From positions 62,001-126,000 of the IMG/VR virus record IMGVR_UViG_3300027770_000025: DNA of 64,000 nucleotides; one strand, given 5' to 3'. This document shows positions 50,206-59,386 of the stretch, piece after piece. The notes under the pieces are model-generated. The model was not told the origin of the DNA. It did not search any database and saw only the letters and a list, made by a program, of their open reading frames with translations. Position numbers and translations under genes: made by a program. Each line of letters starts with the position of its first letter. Position 1 is the first letter of the stretch.

Positions 50206-50960
50206 TGAAGTACATTAAGCCATATCAGATATTCGAAGCCAATGCGGCAGCACCAGCAGCACTTACTGAGGAGCAGATCGAGTGGTTGGATAAATGTGCT
50301 AATCGAACATGGTCACTAAATCCACAGACTGGACTGGTTGATGTGGATTTGGATTTCAATTGTACCGGACAGGGACTTTCAGATTTTAAAGGAGTTAAGT
50401 TCGGGGTGGTTAATAGAAGTTTCTTTTGTCCCCGCAATTCCCTTACTTCCCTTATAGGAGCACCACAACGGGTTGGCGGGGATTTATATTGTAACGAAAA
50501 TGCACTCACCTCACTTGAGGGAGCACCACAACGGGTTGGAATGAGCTTAAATTGTAACAACAATTCACTCACCTCACTTATGGGAGCACCACGAGAGGTT
50601 GGCGGGAGTTTCTATTGTCACACCAATCTTCTAACCTCATTAGAGGGAGCACCCCAACGGGTTGGTGGGGATTTCACTTGTACTAACAATCTTCTCACCT
50701 CACTTGAGGGAGCACCAAAAAGTGTTTTCAGGGATTTCGGTTGTCATGGCAATCCAGTCTCAGAAAAAACATTAAAGAAGATATATGACAAAATGCAAAA
50801 GGGTACCAGTTATCTGGCTGCTGTGGAGAGTCTTTGGAGCGAGATTCCTCAGGACGATCAGGTTCTGCTTTATGCTGATGATTTCAAATGGGTAAGCCCA
50901 GAGCAGGGTAGAGGACTAGTAGCACTAAGGGCTTATCAGGCTCTAAGAGGCATGCTTTAG
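50205..50960 (+). CDS. 22-aa LRR protein 4 (5 repeats), CTS-like tag
   Basis: MKYIKPYQIFEA; repeats. Confidence 0.9.
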   Translation: MKYIKPYQIFEANAAAPAALTEEQIEWLDKCANRTWSLNPQTGLVDVDLDFNCTGQGLSDFKGVKFGVVNRSFFCPRNSLTSLIGAPQRVGGDLYCNENALTSLEGAPQRVGMSLNCNNNSLTSLMGAPREVGGSFYCHTNLLTSLEGAPQRVGGDFTCTNNLLTSLEGAPKSVFRDFGCHGNPVSEKTLKKIYDKMQKGTSYLAAVESLWSEIPQDDQVLLYADDFKWVSPEQGRGLVALRAYQALRGML

Positions 50961-50975
50961 CGGATATATAGAGTT

Positions 50976-52496
50976 ATGAAAAGAATAAAAAGTTTTAATG
51001 ATTTTATTAATAGTAATGTTAACGAAGGTGTTTTTAGTAAAATAGCTAGGAGCTTTACCGGAGCCGATAGAAAAGAAATAAATGCTCAGGTAAAGCTATT
51101 AAGAGACACTTACGAGGGATTAAATGACGGAGAAAAGAAAGAATTTTCCGATAGACTACAGCAAAAAATAGATAAAAATAATCAAGGAGGCTCGAGCATA
51201 GCTATTAGGTTACGTGAGAAATTTAAAACCATACTCGATTCGGGGGATTGGTATTCAGAACTAGGAAAAATATCTTCGGATGATGCCGAATATCTAATTA
51301 TGTATATTAGCTCTCTCTATCAATACATAATTAGAGAATATGATAATATAAAAGAAGTAGTTCAAAAAAATAAACTAACTAAAGAGTTAGAAAAATATAA
51401 TGAAGATGTCGCTAAATATAACAAAATTTCTTCATTTATAAAAGATGATTTTGAATCAAAAAAAGAAGAGTTTAATAAATTCTTTAGTTGTATCGACGGG
51501 AGTCCTAATTTTAAGAACAGAGACACATATGCTTTTATAGATAAATTTAATGCTTCTGATAGAAACAAAAAAATATTAGAAACAGACATATTTAAGAGAT
51601 TTAAGGCTTATACTATTGAGTTAAATCAGAAATTAAAAAGCTTTGAATGGAACTCGGGAGAATTTGTAAATACCATTGAACTTTATGACAAAGTCCAAAG
51701 TAGATACGAAGAACTCTTCAATAAGTCACAGGGTATGTCTATAAGACCAGATAAACCCAACTTTCAAATTTCGGGATGGGGTATGGACTTATTAACATGG
51801 GCTGAGGAGAATCTGAAAGATAAAACAATATCAGAGATGGCATTGGATATGACAATGAATAATTTGGATTATGCGAATGGAATGAAATGTGTTGAAATAG
51901 GAACCGAAGATACTAAAGTGGCCATAAAAAATGAAGATGGATTAATTGGTGGAAATATTGTTTATTCTGGGCAAAACTTTAATAATCTTAATTTAGAAAA
52001 TGTATCAGACCTTATCAATAAAGAAGGAGGATATAAGGAAAGTGTTTCGGGAAAAGTTATGTATGTAACTAATAATATACCATATGCTTTCTACTATTGC
52101 TATTTGAGATTTGGATTAGATGCTGATAGACCTAGCCCCAATTTATCTAGAAATTTATTTCCAACAGTTTATAAAATAACTCTAAAAAAAGGAACTAAAT
52201 TTTTTCATAAAAGTGATACCTATATAGATCAAGAAGAATATAAATTAGCTAGTATTTGTGGAATGTCTGGTTATCACTCGGGAAATGAAATAGTGAATGG
52301 CCAGAGTATTGAAGTGTCATTAATTACCAGCGATTGTATTGATACAATAGAGGCAATTAAACCAGGAGAGTTAATTTCATATTTAGAAAGTCCAGAATTT
52401 ACTAAAGATAATCAACTTATAAGTGGAGAAAGATATAAAATAGACCAGAACGAAATAAACTGGTATAAGGAATTAGTTTCACGGTATGGGATATGA
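50976..52496 (+). CDS. Large CTS-like-tagged protein; possible C-terminal ADP-ribosyltransferase-like fold
   Basis: MKRIKSFNDF..VNE; VYSG...MYVTNN..YAFYY...VYKITL...E. Confidence 0.55.
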   Translation: MKRIKSFNDFINSNVNEGVFSKIARSFTGADRKEINAQVKLLRDTYEGLNDGEKKEFSDRLQQKIDKNNQGGSSIAIRLREKFKTILDSGDWYSELGKISSDDAEYLIMYISSLYQYIIREYDNIKEVVQKNKLTKELEKYNEDVAKYNKISSFIKDDFESKKEEFNKFFSCIDGSPNFKNRDTYAFIDKFNASDRNKKILETDIFKRFKAYTIELNQKLKSFEWNSGEFVNTIELYDKVQSRYEELFNKSQGMSIRPDKPNFQISGWGMDLLTWAEENLKDKTISEMALDMTMNNLDYANGMKCVEIGTEDTKVAIKNEDGLIGGNIVYSGQNFNNLNLENVSDLINKEGGYKESVSGKVMYVTNNIPYAFYYCYLRFGLDADRPSPNLSRNLFPTVYKITLKKGTKFFHKSDTYIDQEEYKLASICGMSGYHSGNEIVNGQSIEVSLITSDCIDTIEAIKPGELISYLESPEFTKDNQLISGERYKIDQNEINWYKELVSRYGI

Positions 52497-52584
52497 TTTT
52501 AAGAAGATAAAGAATTTAAAGACCTTGACTAACCCAGCTTTGAATTTCAAAAAAATGATATATAGATAAAATCAATAGGCTAGT

Positions 52585-52911
52585 ATGAAACACATAAAAT
52601 TATTTGAAAACTACTTTGAATCTGATAATTCATCACCTGGGTTTATTAACGAATCTTTAGAAAAGAAGATTAGTAACGGTAAAATAACAGCTACGATAAA
52701 AAATAAATTAGGTCTTGAAGTTTCTTCAGGGAATTTTGTTTTGCAAATTGGTAGCGGTACAGGTCTTATTATAAAACATCCGGATTTTGATAAAAATAAA
52801 AAACAAATAAAAATTTCTATGGATGGTCCAGAGGGTTTTCGTGACATGTCAGGTATCCCAAATAAAGGTACCTGGTCAATTAATGGAACATATTTAACCC
52901 TCAAAGAATAA
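52585..52911 (+). CDS. CTS-like-tagged small protein
   Basis: MKHIKLFENY. Confidence 0.7.
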   Translation: MKHIKLFENYFESDNSSPGFINESLEKKISNGKITATIKNKLGLEVSSGNFVLQIGSGTGLIIKHPDFDKNKKQIKISMDGPEGFRDMSGIPNKGTWSINGTYLTLKE

Positions 52912-52956
52912 ATATAATGAATAAATGATCGACCTGCTTTTTTGTGGATATTTGAT

Positions 52957-53412
52957 TTATTTCTCGTCCAGAGGGTAGATGTCTTCGATCCAGCTAGGTA
53001 CTTCATCCAAAACCTCAATCTCATCAGAATACCCATATTTTCTATAATCCTTTAAGGGAAGCACAGAGTACTTTTCTTTTTTATCTTTAGTAAATTGTTT
53101 GTGTGCAAAATCTAGAACCAAATCATCAACCAGTATTGCTATGTGTGCATCTTTAGCCTTTTCTGTTTCTGGAAAGTAAACTATTCTAACAGGTGTTCTG
53201 TTATTTTCACACCATTGATAAAACTCCTGAACATACCAAGCACAGTTTCCTTTCTTCTTATCGAACTCTTTACCAACTCTTAGATCGTAGTTCTTTCCCA
53301 GATCTCTTAGAAATTGATCCGCAATATTTTCCACTCCTGGTTTGCTAACTCTAAAGCTGGTAGGAACCATTTGATTCTCGTAATCATCAAATGTTCTGAT
53401 AAATTTCATCAT
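52957..53412 (-). CDS. CTS-like-tagged protein with putative Cys-His-Asp (papain/transglutaminase-like) triad
   Basis: GNCAWY...AHIAIL...VLDF. Confidence 0.55.
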   Translation of the reverse strand: MMKFIRTFDDYENQMVPTSFRVSKPGVENIADQFLRDLGKNYDLRVGKEFDKKKGNCAWYVQEFYQWCENNRTPVRIVYFPETEKAKDAHIAILVDDLVLDFAHKQFTKDKKEKYSVLPLKDYRKYGYSDEIEVLDEVPSWIEDIYPLDEK

Positions 53413-53450
53413 GCTCTATATATCCCCTCTCTCCTTGAAATATATACATT

Positions 53451-53536
53451 ATCCGGCGGGTTTAACCCCCATTTTAGGACCGGAGTGGTTACGATCACTG
53501 AAAGACGGGAACTCGCTACTCTCGTCTTTCTTTTTT
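53451..53536 (+). ncRNA. Candidate small structured RNA
   Basis: GC-rich intergenic island after ATATATA; three hairpins, the last followed by a T-run. Confidence 0.35.
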
Positions 53537-53565
53537 GGATATATAGATCAAATAAAAGAATACCT

Positions 53566-53916
53566 ATGATGAACATAAAAATGTACGAAAACTTCGTAAA
53601 CGAATCTCCAGAGATGACTAACGTTCCCCAGCTAAGAACTCAAACATCTGATGTTGCCGTGCCTAGTAATGACAATCAGGCAATAACAAGAGAGCAGGAA
53701 GCTATGAGAGCAAGACTTGAATCTGATGTTAAAAGAATGTACCCTAATTTATCAATTAGACACACACAGGACGGACAATCAGGTGTAGCAATAGATAATA
53801 ATGTAATTTACGCTTCGGATCATTACGAGGCTTTTAACGCATTTCTATTTGGCCTTGTAATGGCTAAGATGCAAGAGGGAAGAGGTGGAAACGATAGAAT
53901 GCCAACTAGATATTAA
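53566..53916 (+). CDS. CTS-like-tagged protein (start revised)
   Basis: MMNIKMYENFVNE. Confidence 0.7.
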   Translation: MMNIKMYENFVNESPEMTNVPQLRTQTSDVAVPSNDNQAITREQEAMRARLESDVKRMYPNLSIRHTQDGQSGVAIDNNVIYASDHYEAFNAFLFGLVMAKMQEGRGGNDRMPTRY

Positions 53917-53918
53917 TT

Positions 53919-54758
53919 ATGATAGACGTAAAATACGGATTTGAAATAGAGGATGTAAGGAGGTTCATCGAGAAGCTTACCCCTTGTAAGAAGGTTACTT
54001 TTATCACTACTTCCAGTAGGAGTCCGTATGTTGAGAAGTTTGGGGAAAGTCCAAAATCTTCACAGTTAGCTAGAAATCTGGCAGAAAAGCTAAAGCAAAG
54101 AGATATTAAGGTTGAGGTTATAGATGCTGCTAAATTAAACATACACAACTGTTTAGGCTGCGTTAGTGAACTACATGGTAATAATTGTGGCGTTAAAGAA
54201 TCAGCTATTAAAGACGATATAAAGAATCCGCATGGGCATCTTAGATGCTGGGCATCACATGATTTTGAAGATGATGAGCTTTACAAGATAGCCAACGCAA
54301 TCTATGATAGTCAGGCAGTTGTCTTCTTTGGATCTCAGAGATGGGGAAGTGTTAATGCAATCTACCAGAAGGTTATAGAAAGGCTTGATTGGATGGAGAA
54401 CATGCACAGCACACTCGGGGAGAAAAGCACGATCGATAACATAATGGCAGGTTTAGTTGTGATAGGTCAGAACTGGCAGGTTGATCAGAGTCTAACCACA
54501 CAGAAGAAAGTACTGGAATTCTTCGGATTTCAAGTACCTGATGAGTTATTTATGGGTTGGCAGTATACAAGAGATTCTAATGAGGAATCACCTGAAGCTT
54601 ATCGAGATGCAGTTGATACTTTCGAGGTTGCTTGGAACACGCCACTATTTCATTGGGAGAAGGAGAAAGGAACTGAATTAAGCACTGACGAGAAACCAAA
54701 TGAATCACAAACTTTCAGAACATTCAACGAATTTGTAAACGAGGTAAAGAAAATTTAA
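53919..54758 (+). CDS. Flavodoxin-like NAD(P)H-dependent FMN reductase / iron-sulfur flavoprotein family
   Basis: TSSRS, KS..LA, NIHNCLGC, VFFGSQRWG, ERLD. Confidence 0.75.
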   Translation: MIDVKYGFEIEDVRRFIEKLTPCKKVTFITTSSRSPYVEKFGESPKSSQLARNLAEKLKQRDIKVEVIDAAKLNIHNCLGCVSELHGNNCGVKESAIKDDIKNPHGHLRCWASHDFEDDELYKIANAIYDSQAVVFFGSQRWGSVNAIYQKVIERLDWMENMHSTLGEKSTIDNIMAGLVVIGQNWQVDQSLTTQKKVLEFFGFQVPDELFMGWQYTRDSNEESPEAYRDAVDTFEVAWNTPLFHWEKEKGTELSTDEKPNESQTFRTFNEFVNEVKKI

Positions 54759-54763
54759 TAGCA

Positions 54764-55837
54764 ATGAGAATTTTGCCATATGAACTTTTCGGATCTTATA
54801 GTAAAAGAAATCTTTTATTTGAGGAATTTATTCCTTCAGGAAACGAAAAATGGCCTAGCAACTGGAAAGAAATGCCAGAGTGGAAAACCTTACAGGATCT
54901 AGGATTTATTGAGACAACTACCGATAGGCAGACAAGACTTAACACTATTATGTTGAAAAACACCCTGATAAATTATCTTTATCCTGCTGGAGTAGTTCTT
55001 CAAGCATCAGGATACATCAGGGATAAAGGAGTTGATTCGGGATACATTAGCAATAAATATGACAATCTCTCTGATATGTTAAATTATCTTATTGTGAGAT
55101 ATTCTAAGGAATCAGAAAGGAATTCAGTAAGTGAAAGAACAGGACCTTTAACTCAAGAACAGATAAAGGCTATAAACGTATTCACACAAGCACCATGGAG
55201 GTGGAACACTAAAACAGAATCTGTTGATGTTGACGGTAAGGTTAGAGTAATGGATTCAAATGGTTTAAATAAAGATGTAATCGGAACTTTTAAATTCGGA
55301 AAGGTAAAAGGAGAATTTGAATTACGAGGCAGTCATTTTGATCTTGACACGTTAGAAAATTTTGCACCAGATTATGTCGGAAAGAATGTGATGATGTTTA
55401 GTACAGATCTGAAAGACATGAAAGGATTTCCTTCAATAGTAAAAGGAAGAATATGGATAAGTGGAACGCCAGGTTCTTTAGAAGGTATACCTATGGAAGC
55501 AGAAGAATTATCGACTGATTATTTTATTGCCAGACCCTGGAATATCAAGAATGCTTTAATCATTCTTGATAGAGGGTCAGTAGATGTGGAAGACACAAGA
55601 GCAGGCGTGGAAGCGATTAAAAGACATTGGGACGATAATCCAGATAGAAGTAAAAAAGCTAGTCAGCTGGCTTCAACAGTTTTAAGCGATGATATAATCG
55701 ATGAATATTTTAAAAATAATCCACTTAAGCTATATATTCTTGACCCTTACCCTGAAATTAAAGCCGGTGTTCTAAAAAGAACAGGTATGAAGGATCTTTC
55801 TGGTGTAGGTAAAGGATTACAGGGAGGATGGTTCTAA
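54764..55837 (+). CDS. Tagged protein containing a degenerate copy of the LRR N-cap and diverged repeats
   Basis: LTQEQI...W.WN..T.SVDVDG...FGKVKGEF...LDTLENFAP.YVG..MKGFP..SLEGIP. Confidence 0.7.
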   Translation: MRILPYELFGSYSKRNLLFEEFIPSGNEKWPSNWKEMPEWKTLQDLGFIETTTDRQTRLNTIMLKNTLINYLYPAGVVLQASGYIRDKGVDSGYISNKYDNLSDMLNYLIVRYSKESERNSVSERTGPLTQEQIKAINVFTQAPWRWNTKTESVDVDGKVRVMDSNGLNKDVIGTFKFGKVKGEFELRGSHFDLDTLENFAPDYVGKNVMMFSTDLKDMKGFPSIVKGRIWISGTPGSLEGIPMEAEELSTDYFIARPWNIKNALIILDRGSVDVEDTRAGVEAIKRHWDDNPDRSKKASQLASTVLSDDIIDEYFKNNPLKLYILDPYPEIKAGVLKRTGMKDLSGVGKGLQGGWF

Positions 55838-55854
55838 AATACATAAAAAATACA

Positions 55855-56256
55855 ATGGAGCACATATTAGAGTACGAACAATTTTCAGGGGAATCTTTAA
55901 ATGAAGCAGAAATCATTTATGATGGTGTTAAAATAACATCGGCAAACGACAAAACTGGTAGAGTAATTTTATCTTATGGATTGACAAAGATATTCTATAA
56001 AGTTAAAGCAAAAGTACAAAAGATCGGTATAACATGGTACGATGGACCTATTTCAGTGGTAGCTGCTTGGCAGGACGATAAAAAACAATGTTGGGTTAAG
56101 GATAACACAGGTAAGTTATTTGAGTTAAATCCAGATACATTAAAGATCCTTGCTGCAAAAGCAAAAGCAAAAGCACCGCTAATAGCTTTTACTGGAACTG
56201 GTGAGGTCAAAGGAGTAGAAGGAACATATAACGCTACCTTGACTAAGGTTGCATAA
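55855..56256 (+). CDS. CTS-like-tagged protein (start revised)
   Basis: MEHILEYEQF..LNE. Confidence 0.7.
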   Translation: MEHILEYEQFSGESLNEAEIIYDGVKITSANDKTGRVILSYGLTKIFYKVKAKVQKIGITWYDGPISVVAAWQDDKKQCWVKDNTGKLFELNPDTLKILAAKAKAKAPLIAFTGTGEVKGVEGTYNATLTKVA

Positions 56257-56286
56257 GATATGAAGATATATAAAAAAAACTATACA

Positions 56287-56910
56287 ATGGAACACATTAA
56301 ATTATTTGAAAATTACATATTTGAAGCTGCAAACGCAGAGACACTGGAGTCACCAGGGATTGCTAAGGGTGTAGATACAGAAGAGTATTTAGCTAAAGTT
56401 AGGGGTGAAGAAGCTAAAGATAGAGATAAAAACTCGGAGTATTTTGCAGCTTGTAAACAGTTTGCCACTAGCTTTGTTGGTAAATCAATGAAAATTCCTA
56501 ATTACGGGATGATTCCTAAATCAACTTTTACCATGGAAGGATTTGCAGATTGTTGCTTCTCTATTATGAGCATGGCTAAAGGATCTGGTGTTTGGAATAA
56601 CGCAGTTAGAAAAGAAGAATCTAAGCTGGAGACCGGATATTTCCCTACAGCTTTTGTAGCTGGATATGTTACTAAGGATAAAGGATTTGCTGATATTGAT
56701 TTCAATGCAGATATAAACGGACCTAAGAAAGCCCTTGCTCCTGCTTTATCCGGATATTATTGCTATTTAAACGTCCACAAAAGAATCGGTACAGATATTG
56801 ATTTGAAACCAGCACCTGAGAAATTCTCTATGCAAGAGCTGGTTGCTCTGGATCCACAATGGAAGGTATATTTTCAGGGATTGGTTAATTTAGCAACCAA
56901 ATTTCAATAA
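56287..56910 (+). CDS. CTS-like-tagged protein (start revised)
   Basis: MEHIKLFENYIFE. Confidence 0.7.
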   Translation: MEHIKLFENYIFEAANAETLESPGIAKGVDTEEYLAKVRGEEAKDRDKNSEYFAACKQFATSFVGKSMKIPNYGMIPKSTFTMEGFADCCFSIMSMAKGSGVWNNAVRKEESKLETGYFPTAFVAGYVTKDKGFADIDFNADINGPKKALAPALSGYYCYLNVHKRIGTDIDLKPAPEKFSMQELVALDPQWKVYFQGLVNLATKFQ

Positions 56911-56975
56911 TAAAATTCGTAAACATAAAAAAAGGCCTGAGTAATCAGGCCTTTTTTGTTCCCTGTGATTATCGC

Positions 56976-57389
56976 TTATTCGAAAGTGATAACAATCTTA
57001 GCTCCAGTTTGTTTAGCCAATCTTGATAAACTAGCAAAATCTATAGAGATGTTGGCTTGCTCAATTACCCGGGGCTCGCTAACAGTCTTAATTAACCTGG
57101 TAGGTTTATTAGTTTTGATCATTGGATCTGTACCCCATCTACGATTTTTTGTGGATAATGTTGTCGGAGCAATATTTTTTTGGCCCTTAGAGGAAGTCAA
57201 GCGGCCTTTAACACCCAACGTACTTTTACGTCCCCAAACTGATGCCTTAGTACGACCTAGCGCAACTGCAATCTGATCAGTGGTTGATTTACCTGATGCC
57301 ATTTCTTTCAGAATTGCATCATCTTTTTTTGTCCATGAAGCGTTATTGAACGGAGCTTTCGGATTAACCGTGTTTTTTATGTAAGCCAT
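56976..57389 (-). CDS. HTH/Myb-like DNA-binding protein under an early promoter
   Basis: WTKKDDAILKEM...QIAVALGRTKASVWGR; promoter 57411-57444. Confidence 0.7.
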   Translation of the reverse strand: MAYIKNTVNPKAPFNNASWTKKDDAILKEMASGKSTTDQIAVALGRTKASVWGRKSTLGVKGRLTSSKGQKNIAPTTLSTKNRRWGTDPMIKTNKPTRLIKTVSEPRVIEQANISIDFASLSRLAKQTGAKIVITFE

Positions 57390-57652
57390 ATTTAATTATT
57401 TAAGTTAGGGTAAATATAAGATCATATTACGGGATAAAAAAATTTTAGTGTATATTTTTTAGATATATAGTATTATTTTACATATTAAACTCAATGGAAA
57501 AATTATTACTATTACTATTAATTGCCCCAGCAGTAGTCTGGGGATGGACAGCAACGATATTCTTTATAGCAGACTACATTAAGTCACGTAGGAATTAAAA
57601 AAAGGCGGGAAATAATTTCTCACCTTTCTATTTTATATTCAACCGGATTAAA

Positions 57653-57841
57653 TTACATACTAGAGAAAATCCAATATAAAATAAGACCAATTCCAAAACC
57701 AACTAAGCTTAAAACTGCGTAATAAGCTACGGTTTCGTTATTGAAAACTTGTCTTTTAGATCTCCCCTGGTAAACATCATAATCCCAATTAATGTCGTCA
57801 TTTAATTCGACCACCGGTTTTTTCTTTTGCTTTGCCATCAC
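57653..57841 (-). CDS. Small membrane protein
   Basis: YQGRS motif plus C-terminal TM. Confidence 0.6.
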   Translation of the reverse strand: MMAKQKKKPVVELNDDINWDYDVYQGRSKRQVFNNETVAYYAVLSLVGFGIGLILYWIFSSM

Positions 57842-57891
57842 ATTCAGGTTTTTCTGTTATATTATTATTTGTTGATATTTGTTTCGGCGAT

Positions 57892-58572
57892 CTATAACAT
57901 ATTTCCATCCTCGTCAAAAGTGTGACCCCCTGATCTTAGATCCTCAGCTATTGTTTCGTCTGAAGTTAGCTCATCATGGTATGTTTCAAGACTATTATAA
58001 AGGCCTTTGCTTTTTTCTCTTGCCCAATCCGTAATTATAGGATCTATTCTTTCACACACATCATTAACATCAATCTCTATAATCATACCCAGACCTAGAT
58101 CAAGTTCGATCTCCTCGTCACCGTCAACCTCAACGTTTGCTGAGATCGTGTTGTGGTGATAGTAGTTTCTATCATTTCTTTGTATAGTGATGTAGATATT
58201 TTCTGCAATTGAAGCTAAAGCCGTATCAAATTTTCTTGGTGTCTTATCACCTAGACCTACTGATGCTGGTGTTATTCCAAGCTCTTTTAGAAATAATTCA
58301 TTGTCTTTCACTTTTCCTGTAAAAGAAGCACCGTCACCTTGTGAATAGAATCCAGAGAACTGGCAATCAATATCGGCCATACCAATCGCTTCCATTTCTT
58401 CAGTGAATCCCTCTATGATAGGCTCCCACCAATCGTATGATTCTATGTTATAATCTCTATTTCTATCTATGGCATTCTTCTTAGCCTCCGGAGATAGTTC
58501 ATCGAATGTATACGATTTCTCGTCTTCTGATTCAGACAGATTGGAAAATTGAGAGTATTTAAGTATCTTCAT
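57892..58572 (-). CDS. CTS-like-tagged acidic protein; apparent paralogue of 33361..33960
   Basis: MKILKYSQF..LSE; YTFDELSPEAK; FSGFYSQGDGASF; FDEDGN. Confidence 0.75.
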   Translation of the reverse strand: MKILKYSQFSNLSESEDEKSYTFDELSPEAKKNAIDRNRDYNIESYDWWEPIIEGFTEEMEAIGMADIDCQFSGFYSQGDGASFTGKVKDNELFLKELGITPASVGLGDKTPRKFDTALASIAENIYITIQRNDRNYYHHNTISANVEVDGDEEIELDLGLGMIIEIDVNDVCERIDPIITDWAREKSKGLYNSLETYHDELTSDETIAEDLRSGGHTFDEDGNML

Positions 58573-58688
58573 AACCCTATATATCGAATAAAAGCTCGTT
58601 TAAAAGCTTTTAGCGAGCTTGTTTATCTTTTTAATATCTTCATTAGATAAACGGTAATAAGCTTCGCTAAGCTTATTTAAACTGGAGG

Positions 58689-58766
58689 TGGTGGTCCCTA
58701 CAGGGCTCGAACCTGTGACCCTCTGATTATGAGTCAGACGCTACTAACCAACTGAGCTAAGGGACC
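58689..58766 (-). tRNA. tRNA with CAT anticodon, likely tRNA-Ile2 (lysidine type); elongator Met not excluded
   Basis: GGTCCCT acceptor stem, TAGCTCAGTTGG D-arm, tctga-CT-CAT-AA-tcaga anticodon arm, GGTTCGAGCC T-arm, encoded CCA. Confidence 0.9.
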
Positions 58767-58950
58767 TTTGTTATTAATTATACTCAAATATAAGAAACCG
58801 TTTCTGTTTAAAAAAACTTTTTTCACAAAAAAGAAAACTTTTTTCCAATATATAGTGTTGGATAACTCGAATCCCACGAATTTTTTCCACTAAGGAGCTA
58901 AAACGTGAAAATATTTTCCACTATGGACGATTCAAATAGTAAAACAACTA

Positions 58951-59157
58951 ATGAAATTAAAGAGACTAAAAACAATAGCGCTCATACTGGCAACGTTTTT
59001 CAATCCCTTGGGATTCGATGCACTATTTGCGATAGTTACAAAGTGGACGGGTTCGTATTTAATCACAGACATCTTATTCTATATGGCTTCTGCTTCCTTC
59101 TTTGCACTATATTTCTTTCTTGGAAAAATTGAAAGGGAAAAAGAATTAGAAAAATAA
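58951..59157 (+). CDS. Small membrane protein
   Basis: FFNPLGFDALF; hydrophobic. Confidence 0.65.
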   Translation: MKLKRLKTIALILATFFNPLGFDALFAIVTKWTGSYLITDILFYMASASFFALYFFLGKIEREKELEK

Positions 59158-59161
59158 GATT

Positions 59162-59347
59162 CTAATCTATATCTCCGCTTAGCAGAAAAAATAAGCAATC
59201 TTTCAAATACTCATCTTCGAGTTCATCGAAAACTTCTCTGGGTGCCTTATTGGCTACCAATTCAAATACTTTATGTACAGCTTCTTCACCATATGTTTCT
59301 GAAGCCTCTGCCACTGTCCGTGCCTTTATTACTGTTGTTTTTATCAT
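59162..59347 (-). CDS. Small hypothetical protein
   Basis: ORF track. Confidence 0.5.
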   Translation of the reverse strand: MIKTTVIKARTVAEASETYGEEAVHKVFELVANKAPREVFDELEDEYLKDCLFFLLSGDID

Positions 59348-59386
59348 TTTTATCTAAATATTATTTATTAGAGATATATAACTACG

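Noticed and set aside
42203-50960. Diversity-generating retroelement behind the NNT-type LRR variability
   Set aside because: No reverse transcriptase or template repeat in the window, and synonymous adenines in the framework (GGA GCA) are almost invariant, which A-specific mutagenesis would erode. Not excluded genome-wide.
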